Assembly: GCF_030684315.1 (NCBI RefSeq)
Contig: NC_081363.1
Coordinates: forward strand, 27,964,116-28,028,115
Origin: Stegostoma tigrinum
Lineage: Eukaryota
Reading direction: 5' to 3'
DNA length: 64,000 nt
How positions within the stretch are numbered: the stretch's first letter is position 1; each line of letters begins with the position of its first letter. Below, piece after piece: positions 11,093-23,500 of this stretch. Position numbers and translations under genes: made by a program. The notes beneath the pieces were generated by a model that saw only the letters and a list, made by a program, of their open reading frames with translations, made no database searches and was not told where the DNA came from.

Positions 11093-11944
11093 ATATATTT
11101 TAAGACAAATCTCTGTCAATTTTGATGAATATCATTAAATTGGTGATTTAAAATTTTAACAATTTTAAAAATGCACACTTATTTCAAGGCTGAACATTTT
11201 CTGGTGTCCATGATTTGCCAACAATGTTTACATTTATATTTAACTTATAAGATAATTCTTCTAATGTCCCTTGAGGGGAAAAGAGATGGGAAAGAGATTG
11301 TTTAGACATCAGTCGGATTATCATGTTTAATTCTCTGCCCTATACTTTTAGGGATCCGAAATTTTAGAGCAGGTTCAGAGAAATTATGGTACTCTCCATC
11401 ATTTAAAGCTATCATACCTGATCAGACATTTCAGTGACTTTTGTCCATGCCATCCCATAAACCTTTATACCATTGATAATTGAAGCTTGTCAAACATTAC
11501 CTTAAGTATACTCAAAGACTGAACTTTTGCAGTGCTTTGGGGAAGAGAATTCTAACGATTCACCATCCGAGTTTTAAACAAAAATCCCCCTCCTCGTCCT
11601 AAATTGCATCTCTCCCCTCCCATTTGCTTTGTTTTTTCTGTTGCCTCTGCTTTCTTAAATAGTGGGGTGACATTTGCAAGCTTCCAGGAATCATTCAAGA
11701 ATTTGGAATTTTGGAAGATTACCAATGAATTTACTATTTCTTTGGCCCCTTAAGGTGATTCAGATATGAGGGCTGAATGGGTTTTGTTTCTATGAATCTA
11801 AGCTGAAACTCTTATCCGTGACATTGTTGCCTTTAGACTTTTATTATTCCAGCATACGCTTGGCCAGCCTCCCATGTTCCACCCTCGAAACTTCAGCTCA
11901 TTCAAAACTTCAGTGCCAATGTCTTAATTTGCATCAATCCCATT

Positions 11945-12975
11945 CATCATAAGACTGTAAGAGCTAAAAAACAGCCATTCAGTCCAGAGTCTACTCAGCC
12001 ATTCAATTAGCTGACAGCCAATCTGATAATCCTCAATTCGACTCTTCTGCCTTTTCCTGATTACTCTTGATTCCCTTACTCATTTAAAAAAAAATCCGTC
12101 TAACTCAGCCTTGAATATACTAAATAACCCAGCCTCTACCAGCCCTCTGTGGTAAAGAAAACCACAGATTCACTGAAATAAAAACAAAATACTGCAGATG
12201 CTGGAAGTCTAAAATAAGCGCAGAAAGTACTGGAGAAATTCAGCAGGTCTGATTGCGTCTGTGGAGAGAGTTCTGAAGAAGCGTCAAATCGAACACAAAA
12301 TGTTAACTTTGTTTCTGTCTCTTCAGATGCAGCGTTTCTCCTGCTTTTCTGTGTTTGTTCCATAAATTCACCCATTACCATCTGAGAGGAGAAATTCCTC
12401 CTCATCAGTCTTAAATGGGCAACCCCTTGTTTTGAGATTTATGCCCTCTTGTCCAAGACACTCCCACAGGGGGAAACAATCTTTCTGCATCTATCAATTC
12501 CTCTAAGAATCTTGTATGTTTTTGATGACATCGCCTCTTGTTCTTCTAAATTGCAATGGGTACGGGCCCAACCTACTCAACCTCTCATAAGACAGTCCCT
12601 TCTGGGAAATGCCAAGTAAATTCTGTTTCCAGTGCCAGTACTTGTTCCCTAGATAATGGGCCCAGAACTGTTCAATGCAGATGTGGTCTGACTCGTACCT
12701 TGTACAGGTACTGTACTAGTGCAAGACCTCCCAGTTCTACTCCTCATTCCCTTTGAAATGAAGACAGACATTCCATTTGTCTTCCATGTTACTTGCTGAA
12801 CGTTGTTGCTAAGTGTTTGTGATTGCCACACAAGGATGCCCAAATCCTTCTCTGCTGTAACTTTCTACAGTCTTTCACACCAAAATTATGTTCAGCTTCT
12901 CTATTCTTCCTGTTAAAGTTTAAAGTTTTGACAAAGAAGTCTTGTTAAAGTGCATAACCTCATATTTTGCTACAC
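11945..12975 (-). mobile_element. CR1-type LINE 3' fragment, interrupted by a family 2 palindrome
   Basis: Reverse strand gives CR1 ORF2-end motifs (MRRNFSSQ.., gagaaattcctcctcatc, ttgaaatgaagacagacattccatttg). Confidence 0.7.
12174..12359. mobile_element. Short palindromic element, family 2, with a decayed hammerhead-like centre
   Basis: actgcagatgctggaa...ctggagaaattcagcaggtctg arm; centre AGUU-CUGAAGA-A...-UGUU-AACU; imperfect TSD ccacagattcac/ccataaattcac. Confidence 0.65.
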
Positions 12976-15051
12976 TAGGCTACTTAATACAATGAGAATA
13001 TAATATATGGTTCCTTATCAAACACTTCTTGGAAATTCAAAAGCGTTCTGATATAATTCTGTTTTCTGACCAAGGTTAATTCCCCAGTAAGCAACTTCTC
13101 AATATTAAAATTCTCATTTCTTATATCCCAAATATGTGTTCTTCTAAGTATGGTTCCTTTAGCATTCCTGATTTTAATTTCTCCATCATTTGTGACTGTG
13201 CCTACAACAGTCACAGCTTTAAACTCTGGAATTCCCTCTAGAAACGTCTCTGCCTCCCACGTCTCTCTTATCTATTAATATTCTTGAAAGCTACCTGTTT
13301 GAGCAAGCTTTTGGTTATGTACCCCAAGTATCATTGTCATATTTTGTTTGATGATACTGTGTAAGGTGCTTCTGAGTTGTTTTATTACATTAAAGGTGCT
13401 GTGTAATTGCAACTTCTTGCTTAGTTCTTGTGCTCCAACTTCAGTCGTGAACTCGACCAGAACTACCTGAATAGTTTGTTAAACTTTATAATATTTTGTT
13501 CACCCCACATTTTTGAAACTTTACGTGGCTATTTTGGTGTTTTGATGCTCGGTTAGAAAGAGTCTTGTGATATCTTCTACTTTGACTTCTGGAAGATGAA
13601 TGTCCACACTTGTGTATTTCTGACAATAAAAATTTTTGATTCATAAGTTGCAATGTCTAAGGTGACAACGCCAAATGTGAACTGTGATTAGCTGTGTATT
13701 TCCAAGTAACATCATTGCTTCTATATCCCATATTATACTTCTCATGCTAAGTTTTCAAACCAATTCTTTTTTGTTTTATTAAGATATAATTTCCCTTTAT
13801 TTTGATTCATCAAAGTTATTGCTTGCTTTTATCTGTTTTCTGTTCATAGTCCTCTCTATTTCTTCTGCAGCTATCCATTTTGCTAAAAGCTTTTCTTTTT
13901 GTCTATTCATTAACTTTAATTGCCCACCTTCCTAGCTTAAGTGATTCTAGCAACACAAAGCACATGTGTAACAACTACTAATTGTAAACAGTTTTTTGTG
14001 GTAACTTTGAGCATCTGACCTTTTACATAAGCAGTGGCAAATGATGAAGAGCAATGCATACAAATTTAAAAAGATCTTGATCAGTTCAATGACTGACACT
14101 GTGGCAAATGTAGTTCAATACAAGGAAATGTAAAATTTTAATTTTGACAGTTTACGTATGAATATTAAATGGAAGTGTAGTTGAGGCCTTGAAACAGGAG
14201 AGAAATCTTGGGGTTTTAGTGAAAATGTCAAAACAAAGGAAATATAATGTTGGATGGCAAAGATAGGATTATGATGTACAAATCCAGAGAGGCTATTTTC
14301 AAACAGTATTCAATTGTCTATATTACTGTATTCTAGCTCAATCATTTCAGGTTTTTCATGTAGTTCTTTGCAGTGAGTGATACTTCTATGATTTTCTCAT
14401 TTCATTGGAGTTTGGAGGGACTACCATGAGTCATGGATTTGACTTCAAGGGTGTACACGTGCTTATTTGGAAATGGGGACCTTTAGTCTCTTTACCATTT
14501 TAAATAACGACTAAAATTAATCAGATATTGGAGGGGGTATGGAGAAAGGATTTTCCTACAATATAAGAGAATGAGGAATTCTGGTGAAAAGTATTTTGCA
14601 GCTAATCTAAATGTTTGTAAAATGTATGATAATGCACATGGAAATGATGGAATGAATTGCTAGTAGGCAGCTGCAGCATTTTCTGGAATCAGAATATTCG
14701 AGTCAAAAGCTATAAACGAATTTCTGCTTTAATTTAGTAGTGAAGAAACAGATTGTGATAAAGTTGAATATCTATTTAGTAACTTCTGTAGTTATAGATC
14801 TTTTTAATCAATCTGGGCAGATATGTTACAACAACATAGTGGAGCATGAGACTTGAACCCAGATATCCTGGCTCAATGGTAAGGACACCACCAGAGTGCC
14901 ATATGCGCTCCCAAAAAGTTTGATGAGTAGATATTTCAATCAACTTGTTCCGACATGTTATGACACACCTCTAGAGCAGGTTATGACACACCACAAGAAT
15001 CCTAATTGAAGTTTTGTATATTTTAATTAATCACATTCTCATTCTTTTCAG

Positions 15052-15088
15052 GGAACTGAAACCAGGAGAAGAAACAACATGGAAGTGA
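15052..15088 (+). CDS. NDUFB1: NDUFB1 last coding exon
   Basis: Acceptor tcttttcag; (R)ELKPGEETTWK-TGA in the correct phase; 57 aa in total. Confidence 0.95.
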
Positions 15089-15396
15089 AGACCTCAAAGC
15101 AGGACTGTGAAACAAGCAACCATACTGCATAAAAATCAGCCCAAATGCGGTTTTTGTCTTGAATCTTCAATTAGGGATCCGGTGAAAGTTAATTCAAGTA
15201 ATGCTGTTTTGTTTTAGTACATTTTCACCTATCTCAATCTGCATATCTCTGTGTAACAGAAAACTAATTTAAAGTCCTAAAATTTGCCCAAGATTGTCCC
15301 CTTTGTATCACTGGAGTGTAAAGTTTAAAAATGAACAGCAGATAGTTCATTATTTGTTTCATTAACCTGGATATATACAAATGGTATGGCAGACTT

Positions 15397-15402
15397 AATA
15401 AA
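15397..15402 (+). terminator. NDUFB1: Likely NDUFB1 polyadenylation signal
   Basis: AATAAA about 310 nt after the stop, followed by a U-rich tract. Confidence 0.55.
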
Positions 15403-17609
15403 ACTTATTGTATTTATTTTTATTTGAACCTTTTTTCGACATTACAATTTTGAAGTTGTAAAATGTTAAGTGAGGAATGGTAGGACATGGATTTGTGTCG
15501 AATGATCATCTTTCCATTCTGTTGCCCTGAGAATTGACAAAGCAAAAATACAAGTGTCATCAATTCCAAGTGATCAACATATTTGAATGAATGATTTAAA
15601 GTCACATATGTCTAGGGAGATACAGTGAAAAGTGTTCTGTCACCACAATCTGGTGCCATTTGGAGGTACAGAAGAATAAAAAGTACGAAATAGAATTCAT
15701 CTTTATCAACCATAGTCCCAAACACAGCTGCAGGACTTCTGCAAGGTCCCTGCTTTGGGCCTACCACAGCCAGTAGCCACCACTCGGTGGGGCTGACACT
15801 GCCACAGTCAATGACCTGCTGTTGCCAATAGAGTCTGTGCTCTGGGCCTGCAGCAGCTGACAGCCCACTACTATTTCAGCAGTCCGTACATCAGGTCTAT
15901 GAGCCAGGAATCAGCATCAACATCAATGTGTAGTGGAGAATGATACTTCATTAGATTATTTCAAATTATGAGCTCTTAATAATCCTACTGAACTTGACTG
16001 AGGACTTTGTAAATCTTGGAGTGGAACTGCAGTATTTCAGTGGCTTAATAAGATTGTTGGCAAGTATTCAAACAATTTAATTTGAAATGACAGCAGAAGG
16101 TGATTATAATAGCACACAATCAATTTATACATCTGAATTGAGTGCACCCTGGTATGACATCCATGAACTGCTTGTTTCCCACCTTCCTTTTCATCCCCTT
16201 CGCAGTGATGTGCCCATCATTGTGAAGAAGGCCATGTTACTCAACAGCAGGCATCTGCTATTTGTGTGGATTGAACATTGACTACCTATAATTTATACAA
16301 AACTGGTGGCTTGCCTTTTTATTCCTTTTCTTTTCCACCTTGTGTTTTTGTTGCTTGTTCATTTGAAAGATTATTTCACAGATTACCTGTTAAGTTTCCA
16401 CAAACCCCAGACTGAAAATCATTGTCCTGAATTAGAAAGTCCAACAAACAGCTGTGTGATAATTACATATTTTGGTTTTATTGATGTTGGTTATGGGATA
16501 AATATAGCCAGGATAGTGGGAAAATGTCCCTGCTTTTCATACAAATAAGGAACAATTGTAGACCACTCAACCCTTTGAGCCTGCTATTCTAACCAAAGTT
16601 TACACTCTATCCATGTAGCAGTGGAGTGTCAGTCTAGATTTATGTTCATATAACTAGATTTAAATTAAATTGTCTGACTCAGAGGCAAAGTACTACCACT
16701 GAATCATGACTTACACCTAAAATCCTGTGTTGTTAATTTCTTAAAAATCATTGTTTTTGGTTCATGTCCGGATGCCAGTAACTAGGCTAACAAGTGGCAA
16801 GGAACGTTCATGCCACACAAGTACCATACAATGACCATCCACAGCAAGAGAGAACCTAACCATCGTCCCTTGACATTCAAAGTCCTTCTTATTCAGAGGC
16901 TAGGAATCCTGCAGTGAGTAACTCACCTGACTCACATGGCAGAAGTCAGAAATGCAACGGAAAATACTTCCCACTTGTCTGGATAGGTGCAGCTGCAACA
17001 ATATTGAAGAAGTTTGACGTAATTTGGGGCAAAGCAGCTACTTTACTGGTACCACACCTAAAACATTCACTCCCACTAGTAGCTACAAGGTACACTGCAT
17101 AAATTCATAAGGCTCTTTAGATAGCACCTTCCAAGCACCCACCTAGCAGATAACATCACCAACTGCAAGTGCCCCTAATTTGGAAATATATTGCTATTCC
17201 AATGTCACAGAGTCAAAATTCTGCAACTCCCTTCCTAATGGCATTGTGGATCTACCCAAACAAAATGTACTGGAACCATTCAAAGTGCCTCACTTCCACA
17301 TTCTCAAGGGCATCTAAGGATAGGCAATAGATGCTGGCCCAACCATCAATGCCCACATCCACTGCAACATAATCTCATGTGCTACTGGCATCCAAAGGGA
17401 CTGGAAAATGATGCCATGTACAAACAACAAAATTACATACGTGCAAATCCAACCACTGTCCTTCAAATCTGCCCTTGTAATTGTGATCCCAGTCTAATGT
17501 GCATTATTCTGGTGACAGCCAAACATCCTAGAAGCCCCAGATCACTGCATCTATAAGATGCTGAAAACCATGATTGGAGATCTTCCAATCTATCTCTCAA
17601 TGCCACTTG

Positions 17610-18780
17610 AGAACTATGAACATGTCCCCATCTATAATAAAGGGAGCAGAGATTGAAAGCATCAAGTTCCTAGGAATGACAATAACCAACAACCCGTCCT
17701 GAACTTTCCACATAGATGGTCAAGAAGGCGCAACAAAGATTCTTGCTCAGACAGCTTAGGAAATTTAGCATGTCCACAAGGTCCCTCACCAACTTTCACA
17801 GATGCGCCACACAAAGCATAATAACAGGTACATTACGGCCTGGTATGGCAAATGCTCTGCCAGGACCACAAGAAACTACAGAAGGTTGTGTGCACAGCCA
17901 GACCATCATGGATGCCAACCTTCTATTAATGGACTCCATTTACACTTCTTGCTGCTGTGGAAAGGCTGCCAAGATCAACAAAATGTCTCCCACCCCGGTA
18001 ATGCTCTCATACAACCTCTTCTGAGCAGAAGATACAGAAGCTTGTGCCCCCCTCCTGAGATGCTGCTTGGCTTGCTGTGTTCATCCAGCTCCACACTTTG
18101 TTGCCTTCAAGGCAACAGGGAAGCTACTCCTGAAACTGATCAGCAGATGCAAGGTATTCCGCACGGAAACAGACCCTTCGGTCCAACTTGTCCATGTCGA
18201 CGATAAGAATTACATTTCTATACTCTCATGCTTCCCCAACTTCTAATCTGTGCTGCCGTAACTGCTGAGAAATTCCAGCAGTTTTTGTGGGTTTTGTTTT
18301 TCAGATTTCCAGCATCTGCAATTTATTTGGGATAATGGGAACTGCAGATGTTGTAGAATCCAAGATAATAAAATGTGAGGCTGGATGAACACAGCAGGCC
18401 CAGCAGCATCTCAGGGGCACAAAAGCTGACGTTTCGGGCCGAGACCCGATGAAGGGTCTAGGCCCGAAACGTCAGCTTTTGTGCCCCTGAGATGCTGCTG
18501 GGCCTGCTGTGTTCATCCAGCCTCACATTTTATTATCTTGGAATCTCCACACACGTACGAACAGGTTCAAGAACGGTTTCTTCCCTGCTATTATTAGACT
18601 GATGAATGGACTTTCTAACTTCAAAAAGGTGATCCTCCTGCGCAGTGTAACCTGTATGCCTCATTCTATTTAAGCACCCTAAGTTCTGTATATCCCTGCT
18701 TACTATAATCTGCTAGTGCTGCTCACAAACAAAGCTTTTCACTGTACTCAGGTACACGTGACTACAATAAATCAAATAAA
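17610..18780 (+). mobile_element. Rex1/Babar-like LINE 3' fragment interrupted by a templated insertion at about 18048-18549
   Basis: VKKAQQR..LRQLRKF..LTNFHRC..AWYG..; RRYRSLC|TRTNRFKNGFFPAIIRLMN is continuous across the insertion; ends aataaatcaaataaa. Confidence 0.65.
18331..18549. mobile_element. Mini palindromic PLE family 1 element (duplicated copy)
   Basis: Two PLE 3' termini, head to head around the 6-nt loop GATGAA (18448-18453). Confidence 0.85.
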
Positions 18781-18859
18781 ATTTCAGACAGAAGACACTA
18801 ACTGCTTTGTTTCCAATTGTATAGGCACAGGCAGGCAAGCCGATTCCTGAAGCTTAAAA

Positions 18860-19470
18860 AAATGAAAGAACTGCGGATGCTGTAAATCAGAAACACAAAG
18901 TTGCTGGAAAAGTTGAAGGGTCTAGGCCTGAAACGTCAGCTTTTGTCCTCCTGAGATGCTGCTTGGCTTGCTGTGTTCATCCAGCTCCACACTTTGTTGC
19001 CTTCAAGGCAGAGATCGACAAATTCTTGATCTCAGAAGGAATCAAGGGCTACGGGGAGAGTGCAGGGAAGTGGTGTTGAAATGCCCATGAGCCATGATTT
19101 AAATGGCAGAGTGGATTTGATAGGCCGAATGGCCTTACTTCCACTCCTATGTCTTATGGTCTTATGGTTATGCTGGAAAAGTTCAGCAGGTCTGGCAGCA
19201 GCCGTGAAGGAAAAAAAGAGCTAATGTTTCAGGTCTGATGACCCTTCCCCAGAACTGTCCTGAAGCTACTCCTGAAACTGATCAGCAGATGCAAGGTATT
19301 CCGCACGGAAACAGACCCTTCGGTCCAACTTGTCCATGTCGACGATAAGAATTACATTTCTATACTCTCATGCTTCCCCAACTTCTAATCTGTGCTGCCG
19401 TAACTGCTGAGAAATTCCAGCAGTTTTTGTGGGTTTCGTTTTTCAGATTTCCAGCATCTGCAATTTATTT
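18860..19470. mobile_element. Family 2 fold-back element containing nested insertions
   Basis: Left arm 18860-18914 + 19184-19256; right arm about 19390-19470 (ttccagca...tcagatttccagcatctgca). Confidence 0.6.
18915..19170 (+). mobile_element. Chimeric PLE-terminus/CR1-3'-end insertion
   Basis: PLE family 1 terminus 18915-18999 fused to a CR1 3' end with a (cttatggt)n tail; 13-bp TSD TGCTGGAAAAGTT at 18902-18914 and 19171-19183. Confidence 0.75.
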
Positions 19471-19472
19471 GG

Positions 19473-19714
19473 GATAATGGGAACTGCAGATGTTGTAGAA
19501 TCCAAGATAATAAAATGTGAAGCTGGATGAACACAGCAGGCCCAGCAGCATCTCAGGGGCACAAAAGCTGACGTTTCGGGCCGAGACCCGATGAAGGGGC
19601 TAGGCCCGAAACGTCAGCTTTTGTGCCCCTGAAATGCTGCTGGGCCTGCTGTGTTCATCCAGCCTCACATTTTATTATCTTGGAATCTCCAGCATCTGCA
19701 GTTCCCATTATCTC
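19473..19714. mobile_element. Mini palindromic PLE family 1 element, about 240 bp
   Basis: gataatgggaactgcagatg...gagaccc-gatgaa-ggggctaggcccgaaacgtc...catctgcagttcccattatc; both ends are complete 3' termini. Confidence 0.88.
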
Positions 19715-19759
19715 CGACAACATTCCTGTCTGGTCCTGCACAATAGGAGGGACAATAGT

Positions 19760-20081
19760 ACATTTCCGCCAGCAACAGGCCGGCGTCAACTGTGATACAG
19801 GAAACTCCGGATCGGCATTGATTTCCTAAAATTCCGGACATTTTAGTCGGTTTCTGAAGAGAAGTGACTGCACTCGGTGTAGATCTAAAACCCAGGCCGG
19901 CTGTGTCCAAGCCGGGCCTCAGCCTCAGGGACACCCCCGCGTCTCTCGCTGTGTTACGTTGCTAGGGCGACTGTGCGTTTCTATACGCATGCGTATGAGC
20001 AGGCCGATGATTGGTTCTCGCTTTGACCCCGCCCCCAGTGGGTGTAGTCACGCCGCACAGGATGATGGTTCATCGTCCATC
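19760..20081 (+). promoter_or_regulatory. ATXN3: ATXN3 CpG-island promoter
   Basis: RFX X-box-like GTTGCTAGGGCGAC 19958-19971; NRF1-like palindrome ATACGCATGCGTAT 19983-19996; ATTGG (CCAAT box) 20010-20014; GC box CCCCGCCCCC 20027-20036. Confidence 0.7.
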
Positions 20082-20105
20082 ATGGAGGCGATATTTCACG
20101 AGAAA
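20082..20105 (+). CDS. ATXN3: Ataxin-3 exon 1
   Basis: MEAIFHEK|GTGAGT (human MESIFHEK, 24 nt). Confidence 0.95.
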
Positions 20106-20369
20106 GTGAGTTGATGCGGAAATTACTGTTTAAAATGGTCGAGGTGGGAGCTCCTCGGGCCCTGAGAGGAACGGCCGCAGTGGCGTTCGACGTCGTGTTG
20201 CAAAGGGGGAAAAAAAACACGCACACACACACACGTTCACACACCCCTCCCTAAGGTTGGGGATGGAGTCGGGTAGGACAAGGGGAGCTGTGAGCTTCCC
20301 AAACGGTGTAGACGGGGGAGGAAGTATTCTTCTCCCCGAGTGGGGGGGTACTTTCAACCCTTTTCCCCT

Positions 20370-20556
20370 GCCGATTGAGGGGCCTTCACTCCCTGACCCC
20401 CCCTTCCTCCGACTGAGGAGTCTTCGCCCCCTGCCCTACCCACTCCGACTGAGGGGCCTTCATCTTCTGCCCCACCTACTCCGACTGAGGGGCTTTCACC
20501 CTCTGTCCCACCCACTCCGACTGAGAGGCCTTAACCCTTCTCCACCCTAACTGAGC
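20370..20556. repeat. About 36-bp GC-rich minisatellite, 4-5 diverged copies
   Basis: Recurring ctccgactgaggggccttca core about every 36 nt. Confidence 0.8.
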
Positions 20557-23500
20557 TGCCTCCCCCTCTCCTCCCCCACCCCTAGTTTATTGAAGTTTTA
20601 AATATGTTGTTTGTAACAGTCTTTGATGTCCTGTTTCTGATCCAAAATATTTCTGATCATTCCCATAAAGCATTTAAGAGAGAGTTTTTCGTAATACACC
20701 TTTAATTACCTTTGTGTGAGGCTCAAAAATGACAGCAGCACTTGAGTATTGAGCAACACTTGTTACTGCATGATACAAGAGCACAATTTGTCAACCAGCT
20801 GACTCACAATAGTTGGTAAAGTTATGTTTTTACAGTTTTACTTCAATATAGGTGATCATTGTTCGGTGACTAATGTGTGGAAGTTCATCTGTTTCTGATA
20901 GGGAATTGGCTAGGGAGAATTGATGCCCAATATAGTGAAATGTTGGTTGTGATTACAATGTGACAAACTTGCATACATTTCCCATATAGATATGGGTGTT
21001 GGAATTGTCAAAATATGAAAATAAAGATGATGTAAAATGTTCAAATGGGGACTAAATTTCAACTGATTCCTGATCTGATTATCTCTCACCATATAACTTT
21101 ATATCTTTTAAGGCAGCACAGGCCTTGATTCTACATAAAATGTCATAAGATATTACTAACTCATAATAATTGTGGTAAATTTCATTGATTATGCAGCTAT
21201 TTATTTGTATTCTTTTAGTTCATACATACTGTAAATAACTCATTAAAACTTTACAATTTATGCCTAGTTATGCAAGACCTATATAATTCTGACTCTTGTA
21301 CCTAACAATATAGCAGATAAGCTGGCTACATATGTGTGTGTATTGTAAAATGCCATGTATATTTATTTACTAATACTTGTACTTATTTGGCGAACCCTAT
21401 TTTCTCTTATTCTGTATAAGAGCATCAGAACGAGAAGTAGATCGTTTGCCACCCCCCTCCCCAAAAGCCACTAAACTCATTCTTGATCACAAATCTGTCC
21501 AACTTAGTCTGAAATATGTTCAATGACCTAGTCTCAACTGTACTACGTGACACAGAACTGCAAAAATTAATGACACTCCTAGAGAAGAAATTCCTCACCT
21601 CTGTTTTAACTGGGAAGCCCATTGTTTCTCTTCTGCCCTTCCTCCCCAAGAGGAAACACTCTCTCCTACTTTTTCAGACCCCCCAGAATTGAATGTACAA
21701 ACTTTTCCTTTCAAAGCTAACTGAGGTGACAAAAGGATCAAAACCAAAACATATACAAGATAATTGGAAAAAGAACTAGATGATTGTTGAAGAGAATGTT
21801 AGGCAGCAGTTTGTTCAAAGTTGGAATGCACTTAATAAAGGGGGGTCGAAGCAAACTTAATGTTTAAAAGCAAATTTGTGTACTTCACAGAATCTTGTAT
21901 TCTTCCGCTTCTGCCACACACTCATCTTCTCCGTAAGCTATATGTTCCTCCTTTTCAGACAATAACCCATTTCCTTCTTGAATATATCAAGTGAACTTGC
22001 CTCCACTGTACTCTTAGCAGTGCATTTCAGATCCCAACCTACAGGAAAAAGCTTCTCATGTTTTTTGCCTGTTACCTTAAATCTGTGCCTTCTCATTTTG
22101 AAAGACTCAATAGATGAGAAATTTTTCGTTAATTACTCTGTCTAGACTGTCCTTTTCTCCTATATTGTTTCATGGGATCAGCATCTGTTGCTCATCCCTA
22201 ATTGCCCTTGTACTCTATGGTTTGTTAGGTCATTCCAGGCAGCAATTAAAAGTTCACAACATTGCTTTGATCCAGAGCAACATATACGCAGACTGGGTAA
22301 GTAGGATAGATTTCCTGTCATAAAACATGTGAGTGAACCAGATGGATTTTTAATGATTTTTCATGCTAGCTTTATTTTGTGTAATGAACCCAGCTGATAT
22401 TATTACTGGATAACTTGAATGCCAGACAGGAACCTGACTTGATAGATCATAATTTTATTTGTTTTGGTTTTAGAAACATGGTCTCTGACATAGACTTGAG
22501 CACATAATGCTCCAGATTTTGTTTCACTGACCAAACTAGTTTATTAAAAAGAAACAATGATAGAATAATCCAAACTACTTATGGTACAAATTGCAAGGTT
22601 TTAAACACATTAGAATCCCATTAATCCCAAAAACACCTTTATAAATTAAAATGAAGCCAAGCTGCTTTTAATATCTTGCTCAGAACACTCCTGGCACTGT
22701 TCTCAAACCATCACTCCTGGTACAGTATACAAGCATCATTCATGTAATATTCACGCCAGTTAAACTCGAACTCTGATACCTTACTCCTGGGGCTGTCATA
22801 CACTTGAACTTTACTGCAAATAGCTTAAACAACCACTCCATCTTTGGCTTGACATGCTAAAGTACTCAGCAGCCTCCTTAGATTCAATACGTACTTATGT
22901 CTTTGTTAAATACATCTTAGCAGCAGTAGGCCATTTAACTCTTTAAGATGGCTCCTTTGTTCAATAGATTCTGGTTGAAATCCACATTGCCATTTGCCCT
23001 GAAAATCTATCTGTTCCCTTACCTAACAAGAGTCTATCAATCTCTACCTTAAAGATACTTATTGATTATGCCTTCTGAAGCCGAGTTCCAAAGTCACATA
23101 ACCTCCTCATCTCTATTCTAAAAAGGCCACTAATAATTTTAAGTGTCTTCTAGTTTTGCTCTCTCACGAGAGTAAGTGTCTTTTTCACCTTCACCCTGTC
23201 AAGACAACTCCGAAAAGATAAACTTCAGTCAAATCACTCGCTCTTCTAAAGTGCAGAAATAGAAGTCCTTGGTGGATTCGCCCCCGTGAATAACTACACA
23301 GTGTGGTACCAAGTAATTATAGCATAATGTGGGCTTGTATAACATAAGCACAGATTACACGTGTAATATAACTTTTGACTTGGGCAGGCTACAATTGCAC
23401 TTTGTCTCAAAGAAAAATCCAGGCAGTGTAGGATCATGCATAGCTTTGGAGTAACGTTGACCATACTGATTAGTGACCAGTGATTGCATTTTAGATTCGA

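Noticed and set aside
18331-19714. Palindromes as MITEs of a DNA transposon or as miRNA genes
   Set aside because: The arms are identical to the 3' terminus of RT/GIY-YIG elements in this window, and the TSDs elsewhere are 11-14 bp and variable
20257-20550. 97-aa ORF with LRLRG repeats
   Set aside because: Translation of the 36-bp intronic minisatellite; non-ATG start and no splice or homology support
20370-20556. Repeat-spacer look suggesting a CRISPR array
   Set aside because: Vertebrate intron; the spacers resemble one another and there are no cas genes
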